Below, in pieces: positions 39,983-51,417 of a stretch of DNA of 64,000 nucleotides. The DNA comes from Macrostomum hystrix (Eukaryota; Animalia; Platyhelminthes). The notes beneath the pieces are model-generated. The model searched no databases, was not told the DNA's origin, and saw nothing but the letters and a program-made list of their open reading frames with translations. The position numbers and the translations under genes are program-made. Position 1 is the stretch's first letter. Each line of letters opens with the position of its first letter. The stretch spans positions 248,001 to 312,000 of the forward strand of contig CATNEN010000012.1 in assembly GCA_950097015.1 (NCBI GenBank). Direction: 5' to 3'.

Positions 39983-41733
39983 TCACTGCGTCGTAAAGCG
40001 GCCCCGTCTGCTCCTGCTTCTTCCTGCGATTCCGCTCCTTCGTGGCCTCATTCTTACGCTGCCGCTCCTCCGCCGGCTTTTTTGGAAGATCGCCGTATCG
40101 CGGCACTGGTTGAAACTGTCGTGGACGTCATGTTCTTCTAGTTGGATGCCTTCACGTACGCAGTACGCCTCACATAGAGCAATTTTGGCGCTCGTCGCTA
40201 CGCGCACTATTGATTTGGCGGCCGCTGTTGTTTTTTTCGAAGATTTAGTCGTACTATCGCGACCCGAGTAGGTAGTCGCGAGCAGGTCTGACTTCGAAAA
40301 AACTGCACGCAGAACTTTTCGAATAAATGCCAATCTGCAGCGAACAAGCTTCCGTTTTTCCACTGCGTCAGCGTCCTGCTGCCGCTCCTGCAAACACTTA
40401 AGGACTTTTAGGCTGTTTTCAACTGAAACCTTGTCCTCCACTGTGACGAGAAGGCTTGCGAAAGCGGCATCGTTGCTCCTAATCGGTACGAGACCGCTGC
40501 TTGCCGGTGCAGCAGCGACAGGCTGGTCCTGCTGCAGGATGTCCTGCATACTGCGATGCAGCGCTTCGGTCTGCTCTGAATTAAGGCCGCCGCGAATGTA
40601 CACACCGGCTGACCGTTGCTGAGTGGGATCCCGGCCAGCACCTCTCTCAGCTTCGCCGTCGCAGGCTTCGCCTTCTGCACCATCGACATCATCGACGCCG
40701 AGGACGCGGAGCTGCTCCTGTGCGAATTGGGTGCTCTGCAAGCAACGCCGATGCATTTGCGAGATTACCCCCCTTACGTGCCGCAGGGTCCCACTGCAGT
40801 CCTGACTGTGGTCTATTCTCCTGTTGTGCAGCTCTCTCACGCTCGAGCTCATCACGAGCGACACGCAGCTCATCACGAGCGACACGCAGCTCCTCGCCTG
40901 TGTCGAAAGAAAGAGTGCGGAACGAATGTATAAGCAGCCGTTAGATGGAGCCATTCTAAGGTGGTGTATCGCCAAAGGGTTTCAGGGGGCAATGTTTTAC
41001 GCCGGAAGCAAAAAATTCGGGGGGATGATCGTCTCACCCCTCTGACTCCCTGAAAAGCACCATGAAACATAAAACTTATGCAGCGCGTCCTCCACTACTG
41101 AGTGCCTGTGGATTTGTTGCAGCATGTTGCTGCATGAAGGGCACCTGACTGATTGTGGCGCCTCGGGCGGCTGCCTCGCAAGTGCAGCAGCATTGTTGGC
41201 CGCAGCCATAGTTCCGTGAGGGCCCTTCCAAAAAATCCCCTTGAAACGGACACCCGTCCTTTTATTTTGCGCCGTAACGACGACACGGACGTTCCCAGCC
41301 AGCCCAGTTCCGTCGCCTCCGTGGAACGCCACAATGTCGCGTTCGTGTACTGGTCCGTACTGCACGGAGCCGGTAGGGTTTGGGTCGTACTGCACCGACC
41401 AGTACCTGTTGGCCGGCGAGTCTATTGCGATGTAATCCATAGGGAGCATCTCTGGGTTGCGCTTCGTTCGCGCAGTCGAGGACCGGCTTGCCGCTCGCAT
41501 TTGCTGTCTCCTTCGCCGCGCAGCAGCACTAGCGACCGGCTCTTCGGCAACACTCGGCACACCAGCGACCGGCTCTTCGGCAACACTCGGCGCACTAGCA
41601 ACCGGCTCTTCGGCAACACTCGCGCACCAGCGACCAGCTCTTCGGCAACACTCGGCGTAGCGCTAGCGGCCAATTGGGTTTTTTTCCTCTTGGAAGTCGG
41701 TTGACAAGCACGTTTCGCGTTTCGTCTTGTCAT
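39983..41733 (-). pseudogene. Second CACTA gene (accessory protein; PSVAEEPVA repeats, coiled coil, C-terminal BEN-like helical domain)
   Basis: ATG 41733, frameshift in the repeats near 41620; C-terminal FIRKVLRAVFSKSDLLATTYSGR...SFNQCRD resembles a BEN domain. Confidence 0.5.
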
Positions 41734-42429
41734 TGGGCTGTTGGCCTTCAGAGCTGCAAAGTAGGGGAGCAAACCGTTAGTCACTACGGTTAGAAAGCAT
41801 GATGAGGATTGATGCGGGACAGTTGCTCCGGATTATGTTGGAATGTCTGTTAAGTAATTGTCAACTGTATGGTCACATATTTTAATAAGAGGGCTCCTGC
41901 CTGAACTCTGCAGAGAAATATTATGCTGACTTATCAGTGCGCTTTTGAACGCAGCTTCATAACGTCTATTGAAGGCCTATATTAAAAAGGGTTTAAAGCT
42001 GCAATTGCAACAAGGACAAAGAGTTTGAAGCCGCCGTATTTCATAATCATATATTGACTATAATATAAATATAATAATACTATAATAAATACAGCTGATG
42101 GAGAATGAATGCTTCCGCTTTGTAGGTAGATTCAATTTATGCTCATTTATGATAAAACATTACAAGCACCGCATAGTGAAATTACTTTGGAGAATAAAAT
42201 AACAAATAAACATAAAATTACATACTGTACATTAACTTCGACCCCCATGCGGATTTGGCTTCCTGCTATTGACACAAAAACCCACTTTCCCACTACAAAA
42301 CAGTACTACTACTATTACTACTGCGAATACTTATTTCAGACAGCGAATAGTTACTTCAGACAGCGAATAAAGTATACAGCTTGTTTATATTCCTTTTACG
42401 AGTAGTAGCTAAACAACAGGCGAATATGG

Positions 42430-44743
42430 CGTATCCCCGTCGGTCTCCGCTTCCGCAGATTGTAACCACTCGCGGCGGGTACGTCGGAAGCTGTTAAGCT
42501 TCTTTGTCGCTTGTCTGACTTCCTGTGTGGGGCATTACGAACATAAAATGTATTTTCCGAGAACGCGACTATTGCTTACCTGCAGTGCTGCCTTCCGACA
42601 GAGCCAACCAGAACATTGTGGATGACAGTACACGCAGATAGCTTAAATGATCTTTACGGTCGCTCTCGAGAAACGACTCCAGTGTCATGGGCCCATATGC
42701 TAGAATCCAAGCCCCGAATTCATGGCCCCGAAACTTCTTGACTTCCATGAGGCTTCGTGGAATTCGGTGGATCGACTTGGGAACTTTGATTTTCCTCACC
42801 TGAAAAGTAGATTTAGGTCCCGGTTGGCATGCTGTAAAAAGTGATTCAAAGTTGTACTTCTGAAAACAAGCACTTGTTATGCACTTGAGCATCAACTTCC
42901 CACTGCTGACTGCTCAAATCCGGTTCCCTCCTGTCAGGATCGGGCTTGTCGGGTCGCGGAAGAAACAATTGAAACACAAACTGCTTGGCAGGACCAGATA
43001 GAAACTGGTGTAGGTAACATGGAGGTGTTGCCTGAATGTAGTCGAAGCCAAAGATGGAGCTTAGCGGGCAAGTGAACTTAACCCCGAATGTGTCGCCAGG
43101 ATCCCGCCGTCCGGGATGCGTTTTCGCAGATTGAATCGCAGCCAAGTAGTTCGTGTCAACCAGTGTCCTCACTGTTGGTTCAATGCACCCCGCAGCCCGG
43201 ACAGCGTTCAGCGTGGCTTGAGTGACTACAGCTGTATAGTAGCGAGCACGATTGTTTGGCTGCTTGATGCTGCTTGATAGCACTTGTCGCAGCCGTACTC
43301 GTTGTGGTACTGACGTAGACCAAGTGCGTCGGCACGAGCCGGAGCGTCGAAAATAGCCAGCATGGGATGGAACCTTAGTCGCGTAGTCGTTCCTTCACCA
43401 ATGAGAACACCGGTTCTCATGGGGTCGTTCAGACTCTGAGTGACGATGCGCAGAAACGCCTTGACCTTGATAAGTGTTGGGCAATACGGATGTGTCATAA
43501 TTCCCGTAGCAAATAAATGTTAACAAGGTTACCGTAAAAATAATTTTACAAGTATTTCATAAGTATGCATGGTAACAAGATTTTACCGTTCTAAAATCAA
43601 TCATTATTAAGTTACTAAGAAATATTCACGAATGTTACATTTAGGAGCGTAATGCACTGACCTTGACTTTCCCTGCCCAGAGACCTCACAGTATGACAAA
43701 TTTCCACTGCAGTCGTGGTGCTACCTCTGTTATTGTGAGATAGACAGAGCACACCTCAGTACTGCTCGTTGTATGACACGAGAACCCGTCGCAGCACAGG
43801 TTGTAGCTCAGGTCCGCCCTGCGTCGAACGTCCACGCTTCGAGCGAACTCCTTGTAGAGCGTGCTGTTGGCATAGTGCAACTTATCATCAGGCACAGAAG
43901 CCAACTCTTCAGGCCAGGTTACAGCCGTAAGCAACCCAGCGTCTATTTTCTGCTGAATTTGAGCAGGCAAGTCGAACAGCCAAAAGTGGGCTGGTCGTTC
44001 CGGTGACTCACAATGGCTACACGGGACGTTTCGACCCGGAGAGGTGCTGCCACACTCAGTACAGACGGAGTGGCATTCAGTTGATTGGCGCACGGACCGT
44101 CCGCGACCATCTTGGCCGCCTCCTTGAACAGGTAGGGGGTCCGCGGGAAGCTGCTGCCGGGGAATATGGTGCACAACGTCAACAAAAGCAGCTCCACCTT
44201 TGGCTCCTTTACCTCGGCAGCTAGAATGAAAGTCTCCAACAGGCGGATGGTTTCCTGCAATGAAACGGACGTTCCCACGAAAACTGGTGCAGAAAGGAAA
44301 TGATCGTTACGATCGACAGTGTCACAGTCTTCTTCACTACTCTCTGAAGAGCTATCGGTGGTCTCATTCGAGACTTCTGAGTCATCAGCGAAACTTTCAT
44401 CGACTTCAACATCGACTTCAACGACTTCTGCATCGGCAGCACTGGCGAAGTCGTCACCTGCCTCAGCAGCACTGGCGGAGTCGTCGCCTGCCTCGGCAAC
44501 ACTGCCGGAGTCGTCGCCTGCCTCGGCAACACTGCCGGAGTCGTCGCCTCCCTCGGCAACACTGCCGGAGTCGTCGCCTCCCTCGGCAACACTGCCGGAG
44601 TCGTCGCCTGCCTCGGCAACACTGCCGGAGTCGTCGCCATGCAAACTCCTGAGGAGACGAAGCTTCCGCATCCGTTTTGCGCTGCCGCCGGATTTGACTT
44701 CATTCGCTGGCCTTCTCTTTACGCCCTGCCGATATTGGGCCAT
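42430..44743 (-). pseudogene. EnSpm Tnp2-like transposase with frameshifts, nonsense codon and probable introns
   Basis: CTECGS...CSHC, NLCCDGF...VYLTITEVAP, IL*GLWAGK, FDAPARADALGLRQYHNEYGCDKC, RSLMEVKKFRGHEFGAWILAYG. Confidence 0.8.
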
Positions 44744-45840
44744 GTAAAGCCGTATAAGGCCAGGTAGCGCCAAATTTATCGTCGTCTTTCTTTGCTGCTT
44801 CTTCCATCGGTAGCGTGGCTGAAGTCTTGTGTTGTACATTTGGGCTATAATTTGCTGTCGGAATGTCACTTCACAATGCGCAAACTTTATAGTTATAATA
44901 GCATTCAATAGCATGTAAATGTTTTAATTATATAAGTAGTTATAATTTTTTTAAAATCAATTAATAGCATTGAAACACCTAACTACCTAATATTGAGTTT
45001 GACTTTTTAAAAACAAACTCTCCTCCTTTTTCAACTGGGCTTGGGACCAGCTTTGGCGGAGTTAAAGTCAGGTGTCAAGTGGTTGTTGGTTACTGCAAAA
45101 ATGACCCAATTGGAGGCACGGATTGAAAACAAACAAAACAAACAAATAAACTGTTTCAAGGAGAAACAATGGCCGAGTCTTAAGCCGCGGCAACAAGTTT
45201 AACAAATTGCCCTGTTATTGTGGAACGGATATTCAGCGGGATACGCTATATCAGGATAAGTTATATTTGCAATTTCCAGACGAGTGCCAGGATATTCAGC
45301 AGGATGCAGTAAATACGGATATGGGTTCAAATATGAACAAAGTTGATCCATATCCCGGTAAAGTGACTGGATAAGTTCGCCTGGATATTTGCAATTTCCA
45401 GACGAGTGCAGAATTCAGTGGGATATTATGTATCCGGATGAAATATGGATAAAATGCTGTATCCAGCTCTATCCTGGCCTTTGACCGGACATTCCCTAAT
45501 ATCCTGGCCGGAATAGCAAATATCCCGGGAAATATCCCAGTTTTTTTGGAGGGAGTAGAAGGCAGAAGAAAATATGTATAGAATAATACCCCCTAATTTT
45601 GTTTCTTTGGCCTAGGAATGGCTGAGGACGCGTTTCTTGGCCTCGGCCCAGAAGCGCTGTCCGAAGCCGTTCCTAGGCTACAGACAACGATTTCAGGGGG
45701 GTATTATAGTATAGCTTTTTGCAGACCATTTGATCCTTCGAGCATTCGATTTAATCCACAGTGGCAAAATCCAAGGGTTTCAGGCCGATTTTCAAGTTGT
45801 CTATGGCCAAAAGTGTGACCATTGAGCAATAGATTTGATC

Positions 45841-45897
45841 CTTCGGACCAAGGACAACTTAATAACTCCTTGTTATTAAGTTGTCCTTGCTTCGGAC
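45841..45897. other. 18-bp perfect inverted repeat (5-nt loop) flanked by 8-bp direct repeats CTTCGGAC
   Basis: caaggacaacttaataac-tcctt-gttattaagttgtccttg at 45849-45889. Confidence 0.85.
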
Positions 45898-46130
45898 ACG
45901 CATTTAGTCCCGCTCCATAGATTTCATATTTAATTTATTGCCCAGTTAGGCCCGGTCATAGACTAAGGAAAGCATTTATTTGATGCGAGAGAAATTTATT
46001 TGGCCGGGACAATAAATTATTTATTGGCCCGAGTACTTTAGAGTTTCTGTTTGAACGAAATAACGTGTAAGAAACGAAGAACGAACGAAGTACTGCACTT
46101 TTGTCATTGAGTTCTCAAAAACAAAAATTG

Positions 46131-47681
46131 TTAATCGAAAGTAATCGTGACCTTATTCGATTCGCCACAGATCTCGATTCGCATCTTCTTAGGACTAGGA
46201 CTGTCGGAGTTGACGGCGACAGTTGACTGTTGTCCTTGGTGGGCAACAACATTAGAAGAGGTAGCAGTAGTAGCTCCAGTGGTAGTAATGACGGCAGAGG
46301 CCTGGCTCTGGCAGACTATGTGCGTCATGGAATCTCCACCAGCGTTGATGTTTGTCACTTGGTTCACTTCTCTTGCGGCAATGATTGCCGAGGCCTCCTT
46401 CTGCTTAGTCACGGATTGACCGATATACCTTTCAAGAGCCGAGGAGCTGTGGCCGGTGACGCGACAAATGTCGGCACGTTCGACACCGGCTTCATGAAGT
46501 CTTGTTGCAGCCGTTTTGCGCAAACTCTGGTTGGTATACTTGCTGGTATCCTCAGGTGCAACTAGTTTGACACATGTCTTTACTGTCTCTGCGAGAGTGT
46601 GCCGTCCGACAGGAGATCGCATGAACCATGAACAGGCTGAACCAGGCGACCACGACCGATTCACCGCCAAGAACAAGGCGGCTTCGCTATTAGGAGGACG
46701 CTTTGTCGTGTACTCTTTGTAGATACACACTGGGCAGCGTTCATGATTATCCGTATGAAACGCACGAACTACCTTCGGGTCACGGAGCAATCCCTTCAGA
46801 CCGCCTTGATTGGTTTTGGTCACGCAATTTTCTCTGTAGACGATGCACTCGTGGCATTCAACAGACTCCAGTTGAATCTGCCTGTCAAATTCTAGGTCAC
46901 GTAGTTCCGCACCGCCACGCAGGGCAAAATGTTTCCCTAACAGCCACACGACGGCGTTTAGTAGGCTGCGCGGCGTCGTCACACCCAGCACACCATCAGC
47001 CCATAGTTTGTCCTCAATCGTATTTGGAATTGTTTCAGCCTTGTTCAAGCGAGCACCTTTGCCTTCTCTGGTAGCCACCTTCATAGCCGCATCCAATGCG
47101 ACACGGGTTTCCCGGAAGGCGTCGTCCCTCCAGATTGACCAGTTTTGTTTCAACACATTTTGCCAGTACCATTGAATCATGGACACAAAGTCTTTGAGAG
47201 TGGTGGAAGTGTACCGTTCTCCATCCTGATTGCGTACTTCCATTACGAAGTACTTCAGAAGAAAATTCAGATCTGGCTTCGTCATCTCCGAGAGATCTTT
47301 CAGGACCATTAATGATGGACCACCACCCGTTGACCAAGCAGTCTTCTTCTGCTCATGCCAATTCTTGAATACGCCGACGAGCCAATCAGCCTTCTTTTTA
47401 GTATTTTCTGGTATCGCTTTCTCCAGTTGCAAATTCAACTCCAACTCGTTCATCATCGCATGCCGACTCGAAACCACTCCATCACGTTGTTTGTCGCCTT
47501 CGGCCACCATGAACAGGTCAAGATTAAAATCCATGTCCGGCAGAGTCAAGTCAAGTAAGTCGTCAGGAATACTCATTGTGGTTTTTTGGCTGGATAAGTC
47601 GCTGGTAAGTACGTTGCCGGATTTCATCGTAACTTTCCTCTCGCTTGACACGAACTGAGTAATAAATACATCATTCCCCAC
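46131..47681 (-). CDS. Crypton-type tyrosine recombinase (DUF3504/ZMYM-like domain), up to 516 aa, uninterrupted ORF
   Basis: PENTKKK..W, FVMEVRNQDGERY, FALRGG (R), TKTNQGG (K), NQSLR (HxxR with Q), TGHSS, LERY. Confidence 0.85.
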   Translation of the reverse strand: MGNDVFITQFVSSERKVTMKSGNVLTSDLSSQKTTMSIPDDLLDLTLPDMDFNLDLFMVAEGDKQRDGVVSSRHAMMNELELNLQLEKAIPENTKKKADWLVGVFKNWHEQKKTAWSTGGGPSLMVLKDLSEMTKPDLNFLLKYFVMEVRNQDGERYTSTTLKDFVSMIQWYWQNVLKQNWSIWRDDAFRETRVALDAAMKVATREGKGARLNKAETIPNTIEDKLWADGVLGVTTPRSLLNAVVWLLGKHFALRGGAELRDLEFDRQIQLESVECHECIVYRENCVTKTNQGGLKGLLRDPKVVRAFHTDNHERCPVCIYKEYTTKRPPNSEAALFLAVNRSWSPGSACSWFMRSPVGRHTLAETVKTCVKLVAPEDTSKYTNQSLRKTAATRLHEAGVERADICRVTGHSSSALERYIGQSVTKQKEASAIIAAREVNQVTNINAGGDSMTHIVCQSQASAVITTTGATTATSSNVVAHQGQQSTVAVNSDSPSPKKMRIEICGESNKVTITFD

Positions 47682-47916
47682 TTGTTTGATTTATCTATGG
47701 CCGTAACCGTCTTCGGCCACGTTTATTTGGCCTCGGCTTCGCCTCGGCCAATAAACGCGTCCTCAGCCGCTTACGACCAAAATAAATAAAACAAGTGGGG
47801 AATAACATGTATCCCCCACTTGCCCGCCAACATTGTCTATGTCGTAACGCGTTTCGTTCATTTGCCCTAGGGCAATAAATCATTTATTTCCCGCGCCCCC
47901 GCGCGAAACAGAACTT

Positions 47917-48486
47917 TTACCACAGACATAAGTCACACCCGTCTGGGGAAATAAACAAAGAAAGTGCAAAACGAGAACGCTCGGAACCAAACACACCCTC
48001 CGTCCAGCAGTCATCTTCGATGGGCTTTGACACCGGGTCAGACTTCTTGAGCCCGACGCCCTTGCCCTCAGCAGTTGATAGCTTCATAGCAGCGTCCAAC
48101 GCTCTTCTGCACTCGGCAAACTCGACATTCGTCCAGAGGCACCAGTCCTTGCGATGCACGTTGCGCATTTGGTATTGTAGCATTGAGAAGAAGTCCTTCA
48201 GGGTACCAGCCGAGTACCGTTCGTTCCGTTTTGTCCGGACCTCCAGGATAAACAACTTCAGGAGAAAGTTCAGGTCCGTCTTGTCAAACTCATCCATGTC
48301 CTTGATAACCATGATGGATGGTCCACCATTCGTCGCCCATTCTTGCTTCTTAAACGCGTGCCATTCATTGAAAGTAGACAGCATCCACTCGCATTTCTTT
48401 ACGGTGTTCGGAGGGACCGTGCCGCCAATCATGGCCTCCGCCTCGGCCTCAGTCAAGCTTTCAAATCGAGGGCAAGACATATACAA
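47917..48486 (-). pseudogene. Truncated paralog of the Crypton-type YR (N-terminal half only)
   Basis: Colinear similarity with 46131-47681 (GGPS.MV.KD, DLNFLLK.F..EVR, ALDAAMK...EGKG) ending at GVFGSE. Confidence 0.8.
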
Positions 48487-48660
48487 GCGTCTGCTATTCT
48501 GTCCTGTTCTGTCTTTTTCGCATAAAGGCTGTCTTTTTTAGCGTCTACCCTCCTCTCGGATTTTGATTTTCACCATAGACTACAGACAGAGCGTAGCAAG
48601 AAACAGAAGACTTAAAGTGCAATGAAAGTCGGCAGCCAAGTGGGGGATACATACCATCTC

Positions 48661-48725
48661 TCCCACTTATTTCGGCTGTCTAGGGTGCAAAGGCCTTTAC
48701 ACCCTGGCAGCCGAAATAAGTGGGA
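48661..48725. other. Near-perfect palindrome with about 32-bp arms
   Basis: tcccacttatttcggctg...aaagg|ccttt...cagccgaaataagtggga. Confidence 0.85.
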
Positions 48726-49128
48726 AAGATTATACATATACTTCTTCGTCGAACAGAGTGTTAGCCACTTCGCTCTCTGACGTCTGATGATAACTGTCTA
48801 GTCTGTGTTCTAGGGCAAACATTATCAAACGATAGGCAGTCTCAGCGTGCCACGTCAATGCTAGATTTTACCATAGACAGCGTGCATCAACGGCCTAAAA
48901 TGAGTGCGTCAATGACCGTTATCAGCACGCAAACTTTGAGTGCATTTATTTGAGCTCAAAACGTAGTAAGAATTAACGGTACAACAAGGGGATTGTTGTT
49001 GGTGTTTACAAAATATTAACGGCGACAACATTTTCATAGCAGTTTGCACGGCATACTCCAGATGACCGTGTGTGGCATTGTCAAGTAGAAATGTCACTTA
49101 CTCGTGCTCTTATTAGAACTCAGGCAGC

Positions 49129-50726
49129 TCACTTAAGGTTGAATGTGCAGTTCTCAAAATGTCCACCAAAGTGGAATGACAGCGCTGGAGCTCCAGCGTT
49201 GCCAGGGGTCGAACTTGTCACACAAACTTGCTGCACCACCTGACTGGAGGGAAGCTGAAGCGTGGACTGCTGCGCATGCGGCGTCGATGCGCCGGTGACC
49301 CCTGGAACTGTCAGATGACAGTTGACATGCCGGATGACACCGTCGGGGGTGGGCTCAGCTGATCTCTGCGGCGGCGGCCCTGGAATTGCTACCACGCCCG
49401 TCTGTTGACGCCCGTACAGCGATCCGGATAGAGCGTCTGACATCTTCCCCATGTCCGTTGCCTTCCGCTTCCCATGCGTGAGGTACCTAAAGTGCGATTG
49501 AAAGTAGTTACTCATGACGTTGACATGTTCACTTTGTTAGTGCAAAGCCCGTCATATATGGGTACTCACCGTTGCACAGTCTTTGCCTCCTTGTGGCCAG
49601 TAATTTTGCAAATTTGCTCCAGCCTGAATCCTGCCTGGTGAAGGTCCGCAATCACAGTTGGCCGAATATTGTGCGGCGTGTAGATCTTTGACAGGGCAGC
49701 TTTCGTTGAGATAGTCTTCATCATTCCGCCAACGGTATTCACCCCGACTGGCTGTTTCGTGTACCATGGGCCTCCAGCTGCAGAGGACTTCTTCGGTGTC
49801 AGAAGCAGCGGAGATCCTTCCGTCTCAGCGTCACCCAGAGCCTCCCGTCGCTTCTCGAGGTAAAGCCGCAGTGCCTGCACTGGACATTGCGTCGTCCCAG
49901 TGGCCTTGATCACCGCCTCTCTGTTGTCACTCATGGCTCCGGCATTGAGTTCCCGTCCCAGATTCTTCTGCAACCCTGTGCGAAGCCGGACTAGAGTGCC
50001 ACAGTCGGCATTGTCCTCGAACACCAGACTGTCCGAATCCAATCCACGGAACCATTCTCTCCCACGCTGGCCGAAAAAGTAGATGAGGACAAAGTATACC
50101 TCGTGCAACAGGGTCGTCGGCGACGCATGGTCAAAGTACCGCGCCAACCTGCCCTTATCTTCCTCACTGATGGCCTCGTAATGGTTGATCCGTCCACCAG
50201 CCTTTAGAAACATTCGCGCCACCGCCTTCAAAGCCAGATTGGCTGCGTGGAACTTGTCATTCTCGATTATGTTCAGAGACCTAACCCTCCGAAAGTAGCG
50301 GAAAAGTCCAGCTCTCGCACAAATCAGAGATGTCGGAGCGTACAGAGAACCGTCTTCCTTTCTTAGTGTGGCGTAAAACAGTCGCAGCTTGCAGGCCAGT
50401 TCATCCTCACTGCACAAATCGATGTCGAAAGGCAAAAATACGTTTGTCGTCAGGAACTGCTTGAATCGTTCGACTGCAGCGATCTCTTGTCTCTCGGTGG
50501 ACACGACCTTCGTATCCTCGTATTGCTGCGCTGCAATTGCCTCCAAATCCGCGGTAGAGTCGTCTGGCAGTAACGCACAGAGTTCGTCCAGGGTGGGACA
50601 TTCAAAATCTTCATACACTTCCTTCTCCACCACGTCGTTCAGCTGGAAGAGCTCCCTCTGGAGTCGAATCTCGTCCATGGTCAAGCCAGATATGCACTCA
50701 TTCGGCCAGTGCATTAGGTTGATCAT
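49129..50726 (-). CDS. Crypton-type tyrosine recombinase, two exons (50726-49570, 49486-49129), 504 aa, full catalytic set
   Basis: FGQRGRE (R), LQKN (K), HNIR (HxxR), TGH, then 83-nt intron (GTGAGT...CTAAC...TTTAG) and RY carrying the catalytic Tyr; spliced frame is open. Confidence 0.85.
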
Positions 50727-50894
50727 GTCGAAAAGTTATCTACTCAACTGCGTTGGGGCTTGCGCCTTAAGCCAGCCTGACCGCCCAAAAACATGGGCGT
50801 GCGCCAACGCACTTGTCTATGGTCGAAAGAGTAAGGACGGATCGATGCGGAAACGGCCTCTCATTGGATAATGCTGTTAACGCACGGCTTTGCG

Positions 50895-51401
50895 TTAACG
50901 CACGGGTTTACCTAACCATTGCAGAATCTTGCTAGGCGGAAGATGCAGCTCTGCCTGCACTGTGTTGTTCTGCACTACTGTTCTCGAGTTTTGAATGTCA
51001 ATTTTTATTCCAAAGTCCCTAGCATCACCGCGACGTCCCAGCAGACCTGATTCATCAGCCTCCATTTCAGCATCTCTGTCGCTCCTCGCATCAAAGAACA
51101 GAGACTCAGAGTTGGCCAACAGCTCATTCAGGCACTCCACCAGCTCCTCCACTCTAGCAAAGCGTCCAGGTTGAAGAACCAGGGCCTCGTGCTCTCTTCC
51201 AACTGAGATAGTGATGCAGTAAGGTTCGTCAAGATTGTACCATGAAGCAGGCAGATGGATTTCAACCAGACCAGCCTCATAGTCCACATTTCGATCCAAG
51301 TAAATAGGTGAAGGCAGGTGAAAATGAAAGTCACTAGAAGTACCTTCAGCATGTTCACTGTTGATAACAATGTTTCTCATAATAGAAAATACCTTTATCA
51401 C
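50895..51401 (-). mobile_element. Maverick/Polinton minor capsid (penton)-like gene, N-terminal fragment
   Basis: SSDFHFHLPSPIYL...YEAGLVEIHLPASWYN...LQPGRF...LVECLN pattern; directly downstream of the integrase. Confidence 0.65.
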
Positions 51402-51417
51402 AGAAATAGGTTTACTA

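Larger units (their letters stand above)
39154..45553 (-). mobile_element. EnSpm/CACTA (CMC) DNA transposon, 6,400 bp, decayed, two genes
   Basis: TIR CCCTCCAAAAAAAC...GGGATATTT at both ends, 2-bp TSD AG, many subterminal GGATAT/CCGGATA motifs, Tnp2-like transposase fragments. Confidence 0.88.
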
